The notes beneath the pieces were generated by a model. The model saw only the letters and a list, made by a program, of their open reading frames with translations. It did no database searches and was not told the origin of the DNA. Source: Takakia lepidozioides (lineage: Eukaryota > Plantae > Bryophyta). From it: DNA of 64,000 bases. Where the stretch lies: NCBI GenBank assembly GCA_030704615.1, contig CM060731.1, positions 95,666,001 to 95,730,000 of the forward strand, read 5' to 3'. Shown one piece after another: positions 1-11,454 of this stretch (positions are counted from its first letter, which is position 1; each line of letters starts with the position of its first letter). The position numbers and the translations under genes were made by a program.

Positions 1-1790
1 ACACCTGAATGTCAACAGGCTTTTGAGGAACTTACATTGTCAGTAACAACTACACCTGTGCTGATTAATCCTCACTGGCAGGAAATATTTCATGTTCATT
101 GTGATGCTTCTGGAGAAGCACTAGGAGCAGTGTTAGCCCAAAATGTTACAGGAAGGATAGATTCACCTGTGTACTATGCTAGCCGATTGATGAACAATGC
201 CGAAAGAAATTATAGCACAACGGAAAGAGAAGCATTGGCAATGATCTATGCAGTGAAGAAATTCAGGCATTACCTGTTGGGCAAGAAGTTTATGTTCTAT
301 GTGGATCACCACGCTCTGATATACCTTGTAAACAAACCTCTGATAAGCGGAAGAATAGCAAGATGGTTGATAATCTTGCACGAGTTTGAGTTCGAGGTTG
401 TTTACAAGCCTGGAGGCTGCATCTTGTGGCGGATCACTTGTCACGGTTATCAACAGGAAAACCAGCCACGGGAGTAGATGATCAATTACCAGATGCGAGT
501 CTATTTGCAGTGGAGGTGCAGGGAAGTGCAGATGACTGGTTAGATTGGCAGTGGCCAATCAGATACTACCTTGCTCATGGTCAGTGCCCACCAAGTTATG
601 GAAAGGAGCAGAGAAAGAGAATTGCTATCAAGGCTCTACCTTACACTATGGTAGGGAGCAGAATGTATAAGCTAGGACCAGATGGAGTGCTGAAGCGATG
701 CTTATACCACCATGAAGTTAATAAAGTTTTGGAGGAAGTTCATAAAGGAGTGGCAGGAGGTCATTTTGGAGAAGAGACTACCAGTAGGAAGATACTACAT
801 GCAGGTTACTGGTGGCCTACTTTGTTCAAAGATGTGCACAAGTATTGTCAGAGTTGTGATGAATGTCAGAGGCTAGGACCTTTGCAGAGATCTGGGAAGA
901 TGGGTTTGCATCCTACAATGCCTACGGAACCATTTCAGAAATGGGGACTAGACTTTGTTGGACCAATTAACCCACTAGCCAAGAATACACAGAACAGGTA
1001 CATAATTACAGCCACTGATTATACTACAAAGTGGGTGGAAGCTAAAGCTTTGAGGGACAACACAGCCAAGTCCACAACAAGGTTCCTGTATGAGAACATA
1101 CTTACATGATTTGGCTGTCCCTTGGAATTTATCAGTGATCAGGGAAGTCACTTCATTAATGAGACCATTGAATTATTGACTAAAGAGTTCATGATTGTGC
1201 ATAGGAAGAGTACAACATATTACCCACAGGGTAATGGGCAGGCAGAGGCTACCAACAAAATACTATGTACTATCTTGGCTAAAATAGTCAATGCAAACAG
1301 AACGGATTGGGATACAAAGCTGCTGACAGCTTTGTGGTCATACAGGACTTCATATAAAGTCACCACTAAGTATACACCATTCCAATTAGTTTATGGTATG
1401 GAAGCTTTACTTCCAGTGGAATTCCTGTTACCTACCATGAGAACGGAATGGAGAAATAGAATGGAATTGCAAGATTCAATTAAGGTCAGGAAACATGAAT
1501 TATACCATGTGGAAGAAGTACGTGCCGATGCAACTGATAACATGACCAGAATTCAGATGAAGAGAAAGGAACAGTTTGATGAAGGAAATATAAAAACTTT
1601 TAAGACGGGAGATTTGGTTCTCTGGTTGCAGAAGAAGGGAAAGATTAAAGCTTCTAAGCTTAAATCACCATAGGACCTTATGTCATACAGAAGATGTATG
1701 ATAACAACACCGTCATGTTACAAACCATTAACAAAGAGATGCTGGGAAGAGTCAATGCCAATAAGTTGAAGGGGTACAGTGGTATCCATG
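1..1790 (+). pseudogene. pol RNase H + integrase (frameshift near 420, stop 1107-1109, lesion near 1672)
   Basis: CDASGEALGAVL / NYSTTERE (RNase H); HKGVAGGH...CDEC zinc finger; [19 protein letters not shown] (DDE core); GPY motif. Confidence 0.95.
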
Positions 1791-2884
1791 ACAAACCATT
1801 GCAGCATGATTTGCATGTTGAAACACAAAAGCAGTCACGGGCTGCGCCAGTGATACCAACAGAGTATGGAGCACTTGTCGCTAGGCCGAGCGTATATGAC
1901 CAGAGCGGGCAGTACAGGCGCGACACAACCTATCACAGCCCATCACAGCGTGTCACAGCCTATCACAGCTTACCACAATGCCACACAGCCTATCACAGCG
2001 TATCACAGTATGACACAGCCTGTCACAGCACAACACAGCCTACTAGGGTTACACAATCCATAGGATCAGTGACAGGTGGACGTGGGTTAACATCCGGAGA
2101 GTGGCCAGCGGAAAAGTGGACGAAGGCACGTATAGAAATGGACACGTGGACGCCAGGGCGAGACACACAGCCGGACATGGATTGCAAGAACGACTGTCAT
2201 CAAGGAAAAAGACAAAATTGGCCGTCAAAGTACCTACCCGGCACATTAACTTATTATGGGCCCATTAATGCATACGGGGAAAGGGTAACGGAACCCTTAA
2301 AAAGTACCGAAAAGCGAAATCCATGTCACATGTGCTATCCTAATGGACAATCCAGAGTGGAAAATCCATGGAAGGAAATGAAATCTAAAATCCAGTCACA
2401 GCAGTTACAGCCAATCAAAAGCCAGAAGCAGCATCAAGAAAATGGAGGAATTTTAAGCGCAAGAGTCGGCGTCGTTCCAAGTAACGGGCGTCACGACGGG
2501 ACAGACCATCAATGCTATAGCTTTGAAGCTATGGAGGAACTAACAGACTATACGCTCGCGATACTACTTACGCAGTGGCACGGGGATAGAAGAACAGAGA
2601 GTATCTTTTCTCTTAATTGATGCTTACAAGCCCCGCAGGCTTACAAGAAATTACCCATAGCATTTTGTGGCAACCATACGTTTATGCTTTGTGCCCTGCA
2701 GGCATTTCTTCAATTGTTACAGCCAAAACCTTTCTGTGGGTCTAGAATGAAGAGAATGAGAGGAATGGAAGAAATCAGGGTGAAGAGCACCACAATCTTG
2801 CAGAAACAAACGATTGCTACTCCACAGGCGGTACAGTTACTGAAGGAGCTGCGATTAGAAGGATTGCAAAGCAAAGATTGGACA
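1694..2884 (+). pseudogene. In-frame extension after integrase (TAYHS repeats, unknown domain); one internal stop at 2618-2620
   Basis: ORF 1694-2620 starts inside the integrase C-terminus; ORF 2684-2902 is in the same frame; homologous to 45480-46620 of copy 2. Confidence 0.7.
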
Positions 2885-2885
2885 T

Positions 2886-4109
2886 TTGACATCAAATATT
2901 GACAAGAGAGTCTTTGTACTTGAGGAGCAACTGATGGCTTCTTATTTACAAGCCAGAACTTTGGCTTTTCAGTCTTCTTCGCAAGGGGTGCAGGAGATGC
3001 CAATGGTACAAGAGCCAGTGCCACCAACACCACAACAAGTCACTGTGCCAGTAGTTGACCCTGTTGTTACTACAACCACACCACAGCCACCACAGCCTGA
3101 GGTATGGGGGAATGCTGCTTTTAACCCACCTAAAACTCCTACTGCACGGGAGTACAGTCGGGCTATGATTATGCCCTTCAACCAAATTCCCATTGTGTTG
3201 GATTTGGCTTGGAAGGAATTTAGTCCTCCGCAGTCGTTGGCACATTACTATCAAATCATGCGCATTTGGCTGCCAGTGGCAACTAGGACTAAAGTTCTTC
3301 CGAACAATCGACCAATTGAGGATCAGCACTTTGCGCAGTACTGGCATGAGGCAAGTACCATGTTGAAGGAATTAATTGCCTTCCAAGTTGCACATGGATT
3401 CATTTATACCAGGACCAAGGAGGTAGCAAGTATTGTCATGGGCTGCGGGTTATACTACGCTGCTTGTTTTCTGGCACGTTATCACATTGAGCAGCAGAAG
3501 ATGCAAACGCGCTTTCTGAGTTATTCCAGTGGGGATCATTGGGTCTTACCTTCAGTGCCACCTTATATGTACCTATATGAGGCAAAAGTTATGATGCAAA
3601 AGGATTCTCAGATTCGTTCATGGTTTCATGCGGCCTGGAACAATTTGTCAACACAGAAATTCGGCCCTGACGATATTTTCTTTAAGGGACATGAGGCATG
3701 GAAATACTTGCACAATTCACAAGTCATTGGTACCCCACTTACCTGGACAGACAAGGAGCTCAGGGTCTTCACCAATTTTGCAATTCAGCGCTTACAACAA
3801 GTTTTACAGTTTAAACTTCCAGACATGGTGGGACAACATTGTATGCCCCAAAGAATTCCAGTTAGAGTTCGACCGTTAAAACACCTCAGGGGGGACGAGG
3901 ATTCTGATACTACTGTTTCTTCAACGGAATCTTTTGACATGGCAGAGGACTATGCAATTCAGATGGCAAAGAAGAAGCGACGGGGGTCTCCTATGCCTGA
4001 AAGATTACCTCGATATCAGCCTCCAGAGGGACTGACATATCCAGGTAGTGTTCAATCATCTCCCTCAACCAGTGACAGGACACGGGCTTGCACACGGAGT
4101 CCTTCATGA
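2886..4109 (+). CDS. Additional retrotransposon ORF of unknown function (407 codons), probably the C-terminal part of the extra ORF
   Basis: Long uninterrupted ORF between pol and PPT; Pro/Thr linker, aromatic-rich core, KKKRR basic patch; no true ATG start; similarity to copy 2 breaks near 2884. Confidence 0.65.
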   Translation: MTSNIDKRVFVLEEQLMASYLQARTLAFQSSSQGVQEMPMVQEPVPPTPQQVTVPVVDPVVTTTTPQPPQPEVWGNAAFNPPKTPTAREYSRAMIMPFNQIPIVLDLAWKEFSPPQSLAHYYQIMRIWLPVATRTKVLPNNRPIEDQHFAQYWHEASTMLKELIAFQVAHGFIYTRTKEVASIVMGCGLYYAACFLARYHIEQQKMQTRFLSYSSGDHWVLPSVPPYMYLYEAKVMMQKDSQIRSWFHAAWNNLSTQKFGPDDIFFKGHEAWKYLHNSQVIGTPLTWTDKELRVFTNFAIQRLQQVLQFKLPDMVGQHCMPQRIPVRVRPLKHLRGDEDSDTTVSSTESFDMAEDYAIQMAKKKRRGSPMPERLPRYQPPEGLTYPGSVQSSPSTSDRTRACTRSPS

Positions 4110-4187
4110 GACTCTAACCGTCAGAAGGGTGCTTGCTCACAAAGGGTTACAAATCCCAAACAGTAAACCGTGAGGACACGGCTTTTT

Positions 4188-4201
4188 GAGAGGGGAAGGG
4201 G
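4188..4201 (+). other. Polypurine tract
   Basis: GAGAGGGGAAGGGG, 3 nt before the LTR TG at 4205. Confidence 0.85.
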
Positions 4202-4204
4202 TAA

Positions 4205-5060
4205 TGTTAGAGGACTGTCTGGGACTTAGGCACTTTTATGGGATCTGTGGGGTACCCTTAATTTTTTCACAGACTGAGACCAACAGGAGCCTTAGGGGTG
4301 ACAGCAGCGCACTTTAGGGGGGGGGGGGGGGGGTTACACAGCCCGTCACAGCCAACACAGTCCGTCACAGTCCGACACAGCCAACACAGCCCGTCACAGC
4401 CAGTCACAGCTTAACACAGCCGACACAGCCCGACACAGTCGCACAGCCAGTCACAGCTCGACACAGCCCGACACAGCCGCCACAGCTTCGCACAGCCCTA
4501 CACAGCCCGACACAGCCAGTCATAGCCCGCCACAGCCTGATACAGCCAGTCACAGCTCGGCACAACTGGGGAACAGTTACCATTGGCAGGGAACGACTAT
4601 GGGGGAACGACATCTGAAAAAGGAACGTGTACTACAGAGATAACGGTTAGTTAGGAAAGCGGTTAGAACGGCTAGTAAAGAGATAAAGCGGGAAGCGGAG
4701 GACTTCGGACATCACTTCTGGGGGAAGAGGATCACTTCTTGGAGGACTTCGGACATCACTGGGAGGAAATGAAGCGGAGAGCGGATCTCTGAGCAGAAAG
4801 AGGGAGAGCACGGAGTAGGAGGAGAACGATCTGTTGATGCTTGATGAATGCAAGCAGTAGAGTTGTAATGTAGAGCAGATTAGAGACTCCATGGCTTCAG
4901 CCTGATACTTGATAGATATTAATCTGATACATACTTCATACTCACACTGTGTAGAGAGATCTGAGTGAAGCTGTGGAATGAATGGATGAGTTGATGGAAT
5001 CCGATAGATTGCTGAAGCAATCTGATACTTAAATACCAACAGTAAGGTAACTAGCTAACA
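4205..5060 (+). repeat. 3' LTR (about 856 bp)
   Basis: Starts TGTTAG after the PPT; CTAACA at 5055-5060 is its perfect inverse (alternative end CCAACA at 5041). Confidence 0.75.
4337..4566 (+). repeat. CACAG-core 9-10-bp tandem repeat in the LTR (about 24 units)
   Basis: cacagcccgt cacagccaa cacagtccgt cacagtccga ... read directly. Confidence 0.9.
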
Positions 5061-5239
5061 TGAATACGGGAAGGAATACAAATAGGAAACACCCCCATGA
5101 TACACTAGCTGTAGGTCATGACTGATTGTTCTGAGCGGGCTGAGTGCTTAGAGATTTCCAACTCTTCTATCTTGGAGTTCCCGCCTCGGATAGCGAAGGG
5201 ATGGGTGAGTAAAAGCCGCGCGACAGTGGGAAGGACTCT

Positions 5240-6790
5240 CCGACAATCCTTTTATCCCAGGCTGTGCCCCACCGTCTGCCAGTACATTTGTTTGTAAGTT
5301 CTGAAAGGTAGCCCCCTCCTGCATTGCACATTGCCCCACTCGCATGTACTACGTTACTCACCGTTGCAAAACCATGACTCGAGCCTACATTCATTTTGGG
5401 ACTCACGACCATTCTGTGTCTCACGGCGATTGCAGAGATAGTGTGGAGTTGGCGCGTGGGCTTGTCGCGGAGGAGTTTGCAAAGTCCCCTTCAGCCAAAC
5501 CATCTGCCATAGCGCTGGCTGCCAGCAAAAGTTTCCTGGAGAGGCACATTCTGGGGCAAGGAAGCGAATCCAGCTCAAGATTTGAGGGGGCGTCTTTGGA
5601 TGCAGTGATGGATCACTTCTCCGTGTTGAGCTCTCCCAATATTAGGAATCAGGTGAATGCATCGAGAGTGCGCGGTGGAAACACAGGGTCCATCGACAGC
5701 ATTATGGAGCTCAAGCGAATAAGTCAATATGACTTTATCCAATCTAGCGTCTTTCCGGGTCAGGGGTCTTCAAAGGTTTACTTGTTCAAGATGTCTATGG
5801 TGGGCGAGGGCAGTGGCGTCAGCCTGGCCAGACGTATGCAACCAGGGGGGGATCTGGAGAAAGCTTGGATGATGTTCGATCATTGCAAACGAGTGAAGGG
5901 CTAGACAACCATGACTTGCCATGTTTACGACCCGAACTACCAAAGAATAATGACAATTGCCATCTGTGACATGCAGTCTGAAGATACAGAGTCCCAGATG
6001 ATAATGTGGAATTGTTTGCTTTCAGTCATGGAGTCCAATGGACATACATGCATAAATTTCAACGGGTTTATGGCGGATAGTGCACAGGCTAACTTCAACG
6101 CTGTGCGCCGAGTTTTTGGATCTGGTGATCCAAAGGTACCCATGCCTAATAGGGAGCGCACATGTCTATTCCACTGGACTCAGTCCTTGCAGAAACATAC
6201 GAAGAGGTGCATCAGAAGAGATCTGCAGGCGGAGCACATGAGGCTCTGCTTCATGTACAAGAATGCGACTACAATGGAAGAGGCTGAGACCAGGTACCAG
6301 ACAGTGAGAGCATGGTGGTTCTCGTCAGGGGCTACTGATCAGGACGGTGTCAAAGAATTGGAAGACTGGTTGGTCTTCGGGCACTTCAGATATCGTCAAT
6401 GGGGGGCTTTCATGACTACTGTAAGCTGCCTTTCACCTCTGCAATCCCTTGTATGTGCCCAGTTTCTTTCCTTGTTCCCAGAACGGTCCGCACTTGCATG
6501 AATAACACTCTTTCATTTTCCTTTCATAGGACAAGTCCCTTGAGGACATTGCGGACATGTCATCCTGCAACCTGACAAAAAGCGTTCACGCCGCCTGGAA
6601 GCAGCAATCTGGCAAAGCAGGAAGAGATATGTACATTGCTACAATAGATGATCTGGTAAGAGCTCTAACCCAGCAAACAAGATATCGTGACTTCCTCAGG
6701 GGGGGATGTGGGGGCAAGGGACCAGATACAGCAGAGTTGATGCTACCCGACTTATCAAGATAGATCAAAACGACAATTCAGTCAATCTAG
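5240..6790 (+). pseudogene. Mutator-like (MULE) DDE transposase, disrupted
   Basis: Cys-rich...HDH zinc finger, MMFDH (D1), FMADSAQA (D2), CLFHW (CxxH), NLTKSVH (expected ES mutated to KS); stop 5902-5904; GT-AG intron 6421-6529. Confidence 0.8.
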
Positions 6791-7199
6791 GAAAGGTTGT
6801 CAAAAATGTGGCAGAACCACTCACCCAACAGAAGACTGTTGGAGTAATATAATATGTTTGCATTGCGGCCAAAGTGGCCATCCTTTGGAGAGATGTCCCC
6901 GGAGGCAGGTGGACTGACCGGCCCCTGCCACCATCCAGCAAGTAGAGAGGAATTTGGAAGGGCAACGAGCCCCATTCCCGGATCAGTATACGACTGAACC
7001 ACCCAACCCTCTACCGCAACAGCATAGCATGTATTTTGCTACCCCAATGCATAGCACAACGACCTAGGCCGGATCAGGCAGGTCCATCATACTCAGGGGG
7101 CAATGTCGCTCAGGGATAGGCTGCCCGAGCAGCTTATTCAAATCCTGCGGCTCAGATAGCCCAGGGTTCTTCTAACACGTGGTCTCCCCCTCAGGATGT

Positions 7200-8030
7200 A
7201 AGGGTGCAGGGAGGACATCAAGCGTCTATCTCGGCGCCGCCTCAACAACAGCAGACCAACGTACAACCCAATCATACAACGCGCCCTCAGGAGACGCAGC
7301 ACCAAGTAAATTGGATTGCGAGTGAGCCGGAAGCCACTCCAACAGCGACAGCCAGCCCCGAAAAGGGTAGCTACGCAGTGATGACCCGACAGCAACGATA
7401 TACACTAGGGAAAGGCCCTGGGTATGTGGCGTCGAAGTCAGCCACATCCGCATCGGAACGGGAGGATCTGAACTTCACAGTAATGAAGTCAGATGCACAA
7501 AAGGTGGCGGAGACTGTGGTTCGGGAAGAGGAAGACATCCATCCCAAAGAAAAGGAGGTAGCATTCGCAGAGGCGGAACCTCCAATAGTCCGACCAACCA
7601 TTTCTCGACTCCCTGTATCAAGAGCGAAGAGTCCGACAAATTGGCCGGCGACACCAGAAAAGCTTCCCCGGAGGAGGATGCACCATGCGGTTCACAGACG
7701 AGTTGGAACTGTACAATCTAATGGAGGATCTTTGCCATATTCAAGCAAACATTACGTTTGCGCAGCTCATAGCCATGGCGCCCACAGTCCGCCACGCTCT
7801 TAAGGCATCATTGGTGAGGAAGCGAGTAAGCATTTCTGCTCAGGTCCACCATATCAATGCTCACATCGACCCAAGACCAGTAGAGATAGAAGTGGAAATT
7901 GCTGACCGGCATACGGCGTTGTTTAGTGGATGATGGGAGCTCAGTCAACATCATTCCATTCTCCACTCTATCCAAATTGGGTTTGAGGGACTCACATGGT
8001 GTGTGAATCCTGCAGGCAGATGGCAAGAAA
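7200..8030 (+). pseudogene. Gypsy gag-protease junction fragment
   Basis: IQANITFAQLIAMAP followed by frameshifted LVDDGSSVNIIP aspartic protease motif; parallels LIDGGSGVNIM in 34330-35913. Confidence 0.7.
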
Positions 8031-8360
8031 TGGAGGAGCTGTTATGGGCTTATGATCCTGCCTTGGGATCCTTGCTTGCTTTACAACCTGCTTTTGCTAT
8101 AAACCATAGAGCTTGCAGGATGTGGGTAATTAGGGCTGCTGTTTTATGACTTCAGTTTACAGTGAGCCTCATTCTGTAGGTTATGATGTTTGGTACAACT
8201 TATTTTTAGACCTTGAATTCAAGTCTAAAGAGGCTTAGAATTCAAGGCCTAAATCCCTAGTTTTGTAATGCATGTTTCAAACATGTAGATAGAGAACATC
8301 TAAAATATTAAAAACAAGCATGAAATTGAAATGTGTTGCATGATTTCAAAGATTGAAGTG

Positions 8361-8702
8361 TTATGAAAACTTAACCCCATTTGTTGGCGACAAAGTCTCG
8401 CTTTGTCTCCCAAAGGCAAATTGCTTTGTTGGCATAGCGAGTACGCGCAAATTGTGCCTCATTCGCCATAAACCCATCATTTTTGAACATCGGGCTTCCG
8501 ATGCATCAAGATCATAAGCAGCCGCCTTGGTGCGTGGACAACCACACTGTCCAGGCGGCAAAGGTGGTTGTCCACACCGAGCAAGATGGTTCGTGACGGT
8601 CCTCTTGGTAGAGTAGTCCTTCAAACACTTAAGACATTTCCATCGGTTTCTGACTTCATCAAAACTGAAATGTTCTCCAATCTTTGCAAACTCCATGATC
8701 AC
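8361..8702 (-). CDS. Small zinc-finger ORF (C-x2-C-x12-H-x3-C), probably TE-derived exon
   Basis: WKCLKCLKDYSTKRTVTNHLARC. Confidence 0.45.
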   Translation of the reverse strand: MIMEFAKIGEHFSFDEVRNRWKCLKCLKDYSTKRTVTNHLARCGQPPLPPGQCGCPRTKAAAYDLDASEARCSKMMGLWRMRHNLRVLAMPTKQFAFGRQSETLSPTNGVKFS

Positions 8703-9835
8703 CTTGACTGAATGGACAAAACAGTAGGTAATATTAGGAAACCACGTATGTATTTGATAACCTTCTGTAGAATCTTCAAAAATATTACTCTAAACTCAAA
8801 TCACAACCAAGCCGATACATATATGAAACCAAAATTTAACTTTCGATTAATTTAGATTAAACAGTGTATCACACTTCCTATGAAACAACCATTTTTCTTT
8901 CATGTGCTCTGAAACCAAAATATAGATTTTTTATTTATTTTTTCATTCTCAATATGCTATGAAACCAAAATTTTAGTTTGCAAATTCTCTAAAATTGGAT
9001 GCACCAATAAATCAGAGGTTCTATCTCAAAATGACATATTGAAGTATAGGGCTTAACCCCGAAAGGGGGCAGTAGCCGCAAGGCGAAGTGGCTCTTAGTT
9101 ACGCCGCCTTGGTCGGTCTCTCTGACATATTGAATGTCTTTAGCAATCCAAACTACAAAGAGAAGAGCCAATAATCAAACGCTAAATGCATGTTTCATAG
9201 TCTCAACATGCTATGAAACCAAAAATAAAGTTTCAAATTCTAAAACATTGGATGGCTTTGAGCTAAACATTTGGTTTCAGAGCTAAAACTGAATATAGTA
9301 CGAAAGTCTGCAATTACTACTCAGATTTTATGAACTGAATGTGGAGCAAAACCAGACCATTTGTTTCAGTTGGTGCTTTAGGGTTAGAAAAACACAAACT
9401 TAAAAATTTCCAACCTAAAAAGGATGAGAGGTGGATGTCTCTCTCATTCTTATTGTAGAAACTTAGAAGATAACCCTAAACTTAGATCAGTTTAGGGAAT
9501 CAAAGCAGAGTTGCCATAAACTTTAGGGTTGAAGAAAGCAAAAGTTCCCAACCACAATGTTGTAATACCATCATTCATTATCTCTCTCGTCAAAGTAACA
9601 TAAAGAGAGACAAAGCACATATTTCACTTGTCTCATTCATCATATCCACTTGTCTTTAACATCATGATGAAGGGTTAGGAAAGAATGAAAGAGTGAAAGA
9701 AGAAGGAGCATAGTTCTTACTCACATTGAAGGAAAGATGAATGTGACACCTCTCCTTAGATGTAGCAACTCCAAGCACCTCTCCAAGCACGTCTCCAAGC
9801 ACCTCTCTATGGCACTATGGTTTCTAAGTGATTAG

Positions 9836-11091
9836 GGTGAGGATTACTGGAAAGCCGGATTTGGGCTGGCGAGGATGTTCCTCAATGACGGTGGGTGTAT
9901 GGTGGTCCTTGCCACAAGAGGGAAGAGTACAGAGACAGCTCTGGCAAGGTGGACACCAAAGAGTGTCACCCCGGTCCTCCTCAAAAAATGGTTTTGCATC
10001 AAGACGCAGAGGTTGCAAACAGAGGGCAAGAGTGTAAGTTATCAATCTATTGCCTCAATTTTGGTGTATCTAAAATTTAGCTTGGAATTGATCATTTTTT
10101 TTTTTTGATGTGCAGACTTTGGTGTTTGATGCATATTGTTTTGTGAAGAGTGGGTCTACGTTCAATTCCGCCATGACGGTCGTCTTGTTTATGCCGTTGT
10201 GGACCCTCTTACCTACGATGTCCTCTACAACCATGTGCCCAACGACAGTATGTCAAAAGACACACAGAGCAACAAACCGTGGCAGTACAGCCGGACCCGG
10301 AGCCCTGTTTTCATCCAAACCCTCATGGAGACGTGCTCCGATGTCCAAGGCGAGATTGTTGACCTCACATGTTTCACGGGTAAGCCTTTACGTCCACATT
10401 ATGTCCCTTGGTCCAATTACATTTGCATGTTGCATGCTGCTAACCTCCCGCTTCGTCCCTCAGGTGCTTCAATATGGGCTGCGACATCGTCCGACAGGCA
10501 TGTCTTCGCTTTCGAGGCAGATATTGCCCTCTACAACTCCACTCTTGCAGCGGCTCAACGTCTGCCAAAAGAGGATGAGAAGAATCGGAGAAGGAGCAGG
10601 GGAAGGAAGTTGGGATTGCAGCCGAGGAGCCCACGGTTTACGAGTGAGTGGTTGCATTGTAAGTTGCCTCCTGATTTTGTGAGGCACTCCCTTCGCTCTC
10701 TTATTTCATTCAAAGACCCTTTATGCACTCTGCTGTATTGACATTCTTGAAGTGGATTGGTTCTTACTGCAGGATGTCAAGTACTGTAGGAGGGACGACT
10801 TCACCGCAGTTCATTGGCAGGAGGAATGTGCCATTTTTTGCCAGGGGCGATTTCTTGCGGAGTCCTCAAAGGGACTACATCCTTCCTTCTTATGCTGCCC
10901 GGCTTGCTACGGTGTCTATAAGGAGGTCTTCCGAACCTAGTCGTGTACAACAGATTTTAGACCAGGAAAGCCTCAAGAAAATGAAGATGAAGGAGGAGGC
11001 AACAACTATTAGAGCTGTCAGGTTCGTAGATATGTCTTGGATTCTGCTGAGGAAAGTAGGGGAGAAGAGGCAAAAGATTCCGAGGGGGTGA
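9836..11091 (+). pseudogene. MULE-borne DNA amino-methyltransferase-like gene (beta-class N4C/N6A type), copy A; 5' end missing
   Basis: Exons about 9836-10033, 10116-10379, 10464-10643, 10773-11091 with GT-AG introns. Motifs LARMFLNDGGCMVV and RSPVFIQTLMETCSDVQGEIVDLTCFTG/ASIWAATSSDRHVFAFEADIALY. One frameshift near 10165. Confidence 0.7.
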
Positions 11092-11454
11092 AGTGGAACT
11101 GATACATCTCAAAGGATGAGAGGGATGAGGGGGATGAGGAGGAAGGTGGGGCAAGTTCCTTAGAGGGTGTAGGAGAGGAGGATAATAGTGCCCATTCCGG
11201 CTATGACAGTTAGGACACACTTGTATAGATGTGGCTTGCCACAAAATTTGCAATAAAATGCCGCATTTCATTGCTGTGAGGATTCCATTGGTGCCACATT
11301 CATTGTTGAGAGGATTCCAATGTGTGAGGTTAGCATGTGAGATTTTGGCCAGGGAGCAGTTGAGCAGCTTGTCTGAACCCTCCGTGGTAAATCGCATCAA
11401 CTTCACATGACCCTATTTCCGAGCCTCCTACCCCTATTTCCGTGGACACACCCT

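Larger units (their letters stand above)
1..5060 (+). mobile_element. Ty3/Gypsy LTR retrotransposon, non-chromovirus (Athila/Phygy-like), copy 1; 5' part outside window
   Basis: RNase H then integrase (Gypsy order), extra ORF region, polypurine tract 4188-4201, and a 3' LTR with TGTTAG...CTAACA inverted termini; no chromodomain seen. Confidence 0.93.

Noticed and set aside
4697-4753. 13-mer GGAGGACTTCGGA shared by the LTR and the MULE array spacers (39768-39780), suggesting spacer acquisition
   Set aside because: Too short to exceed chance given the number of comparisons made by eye.
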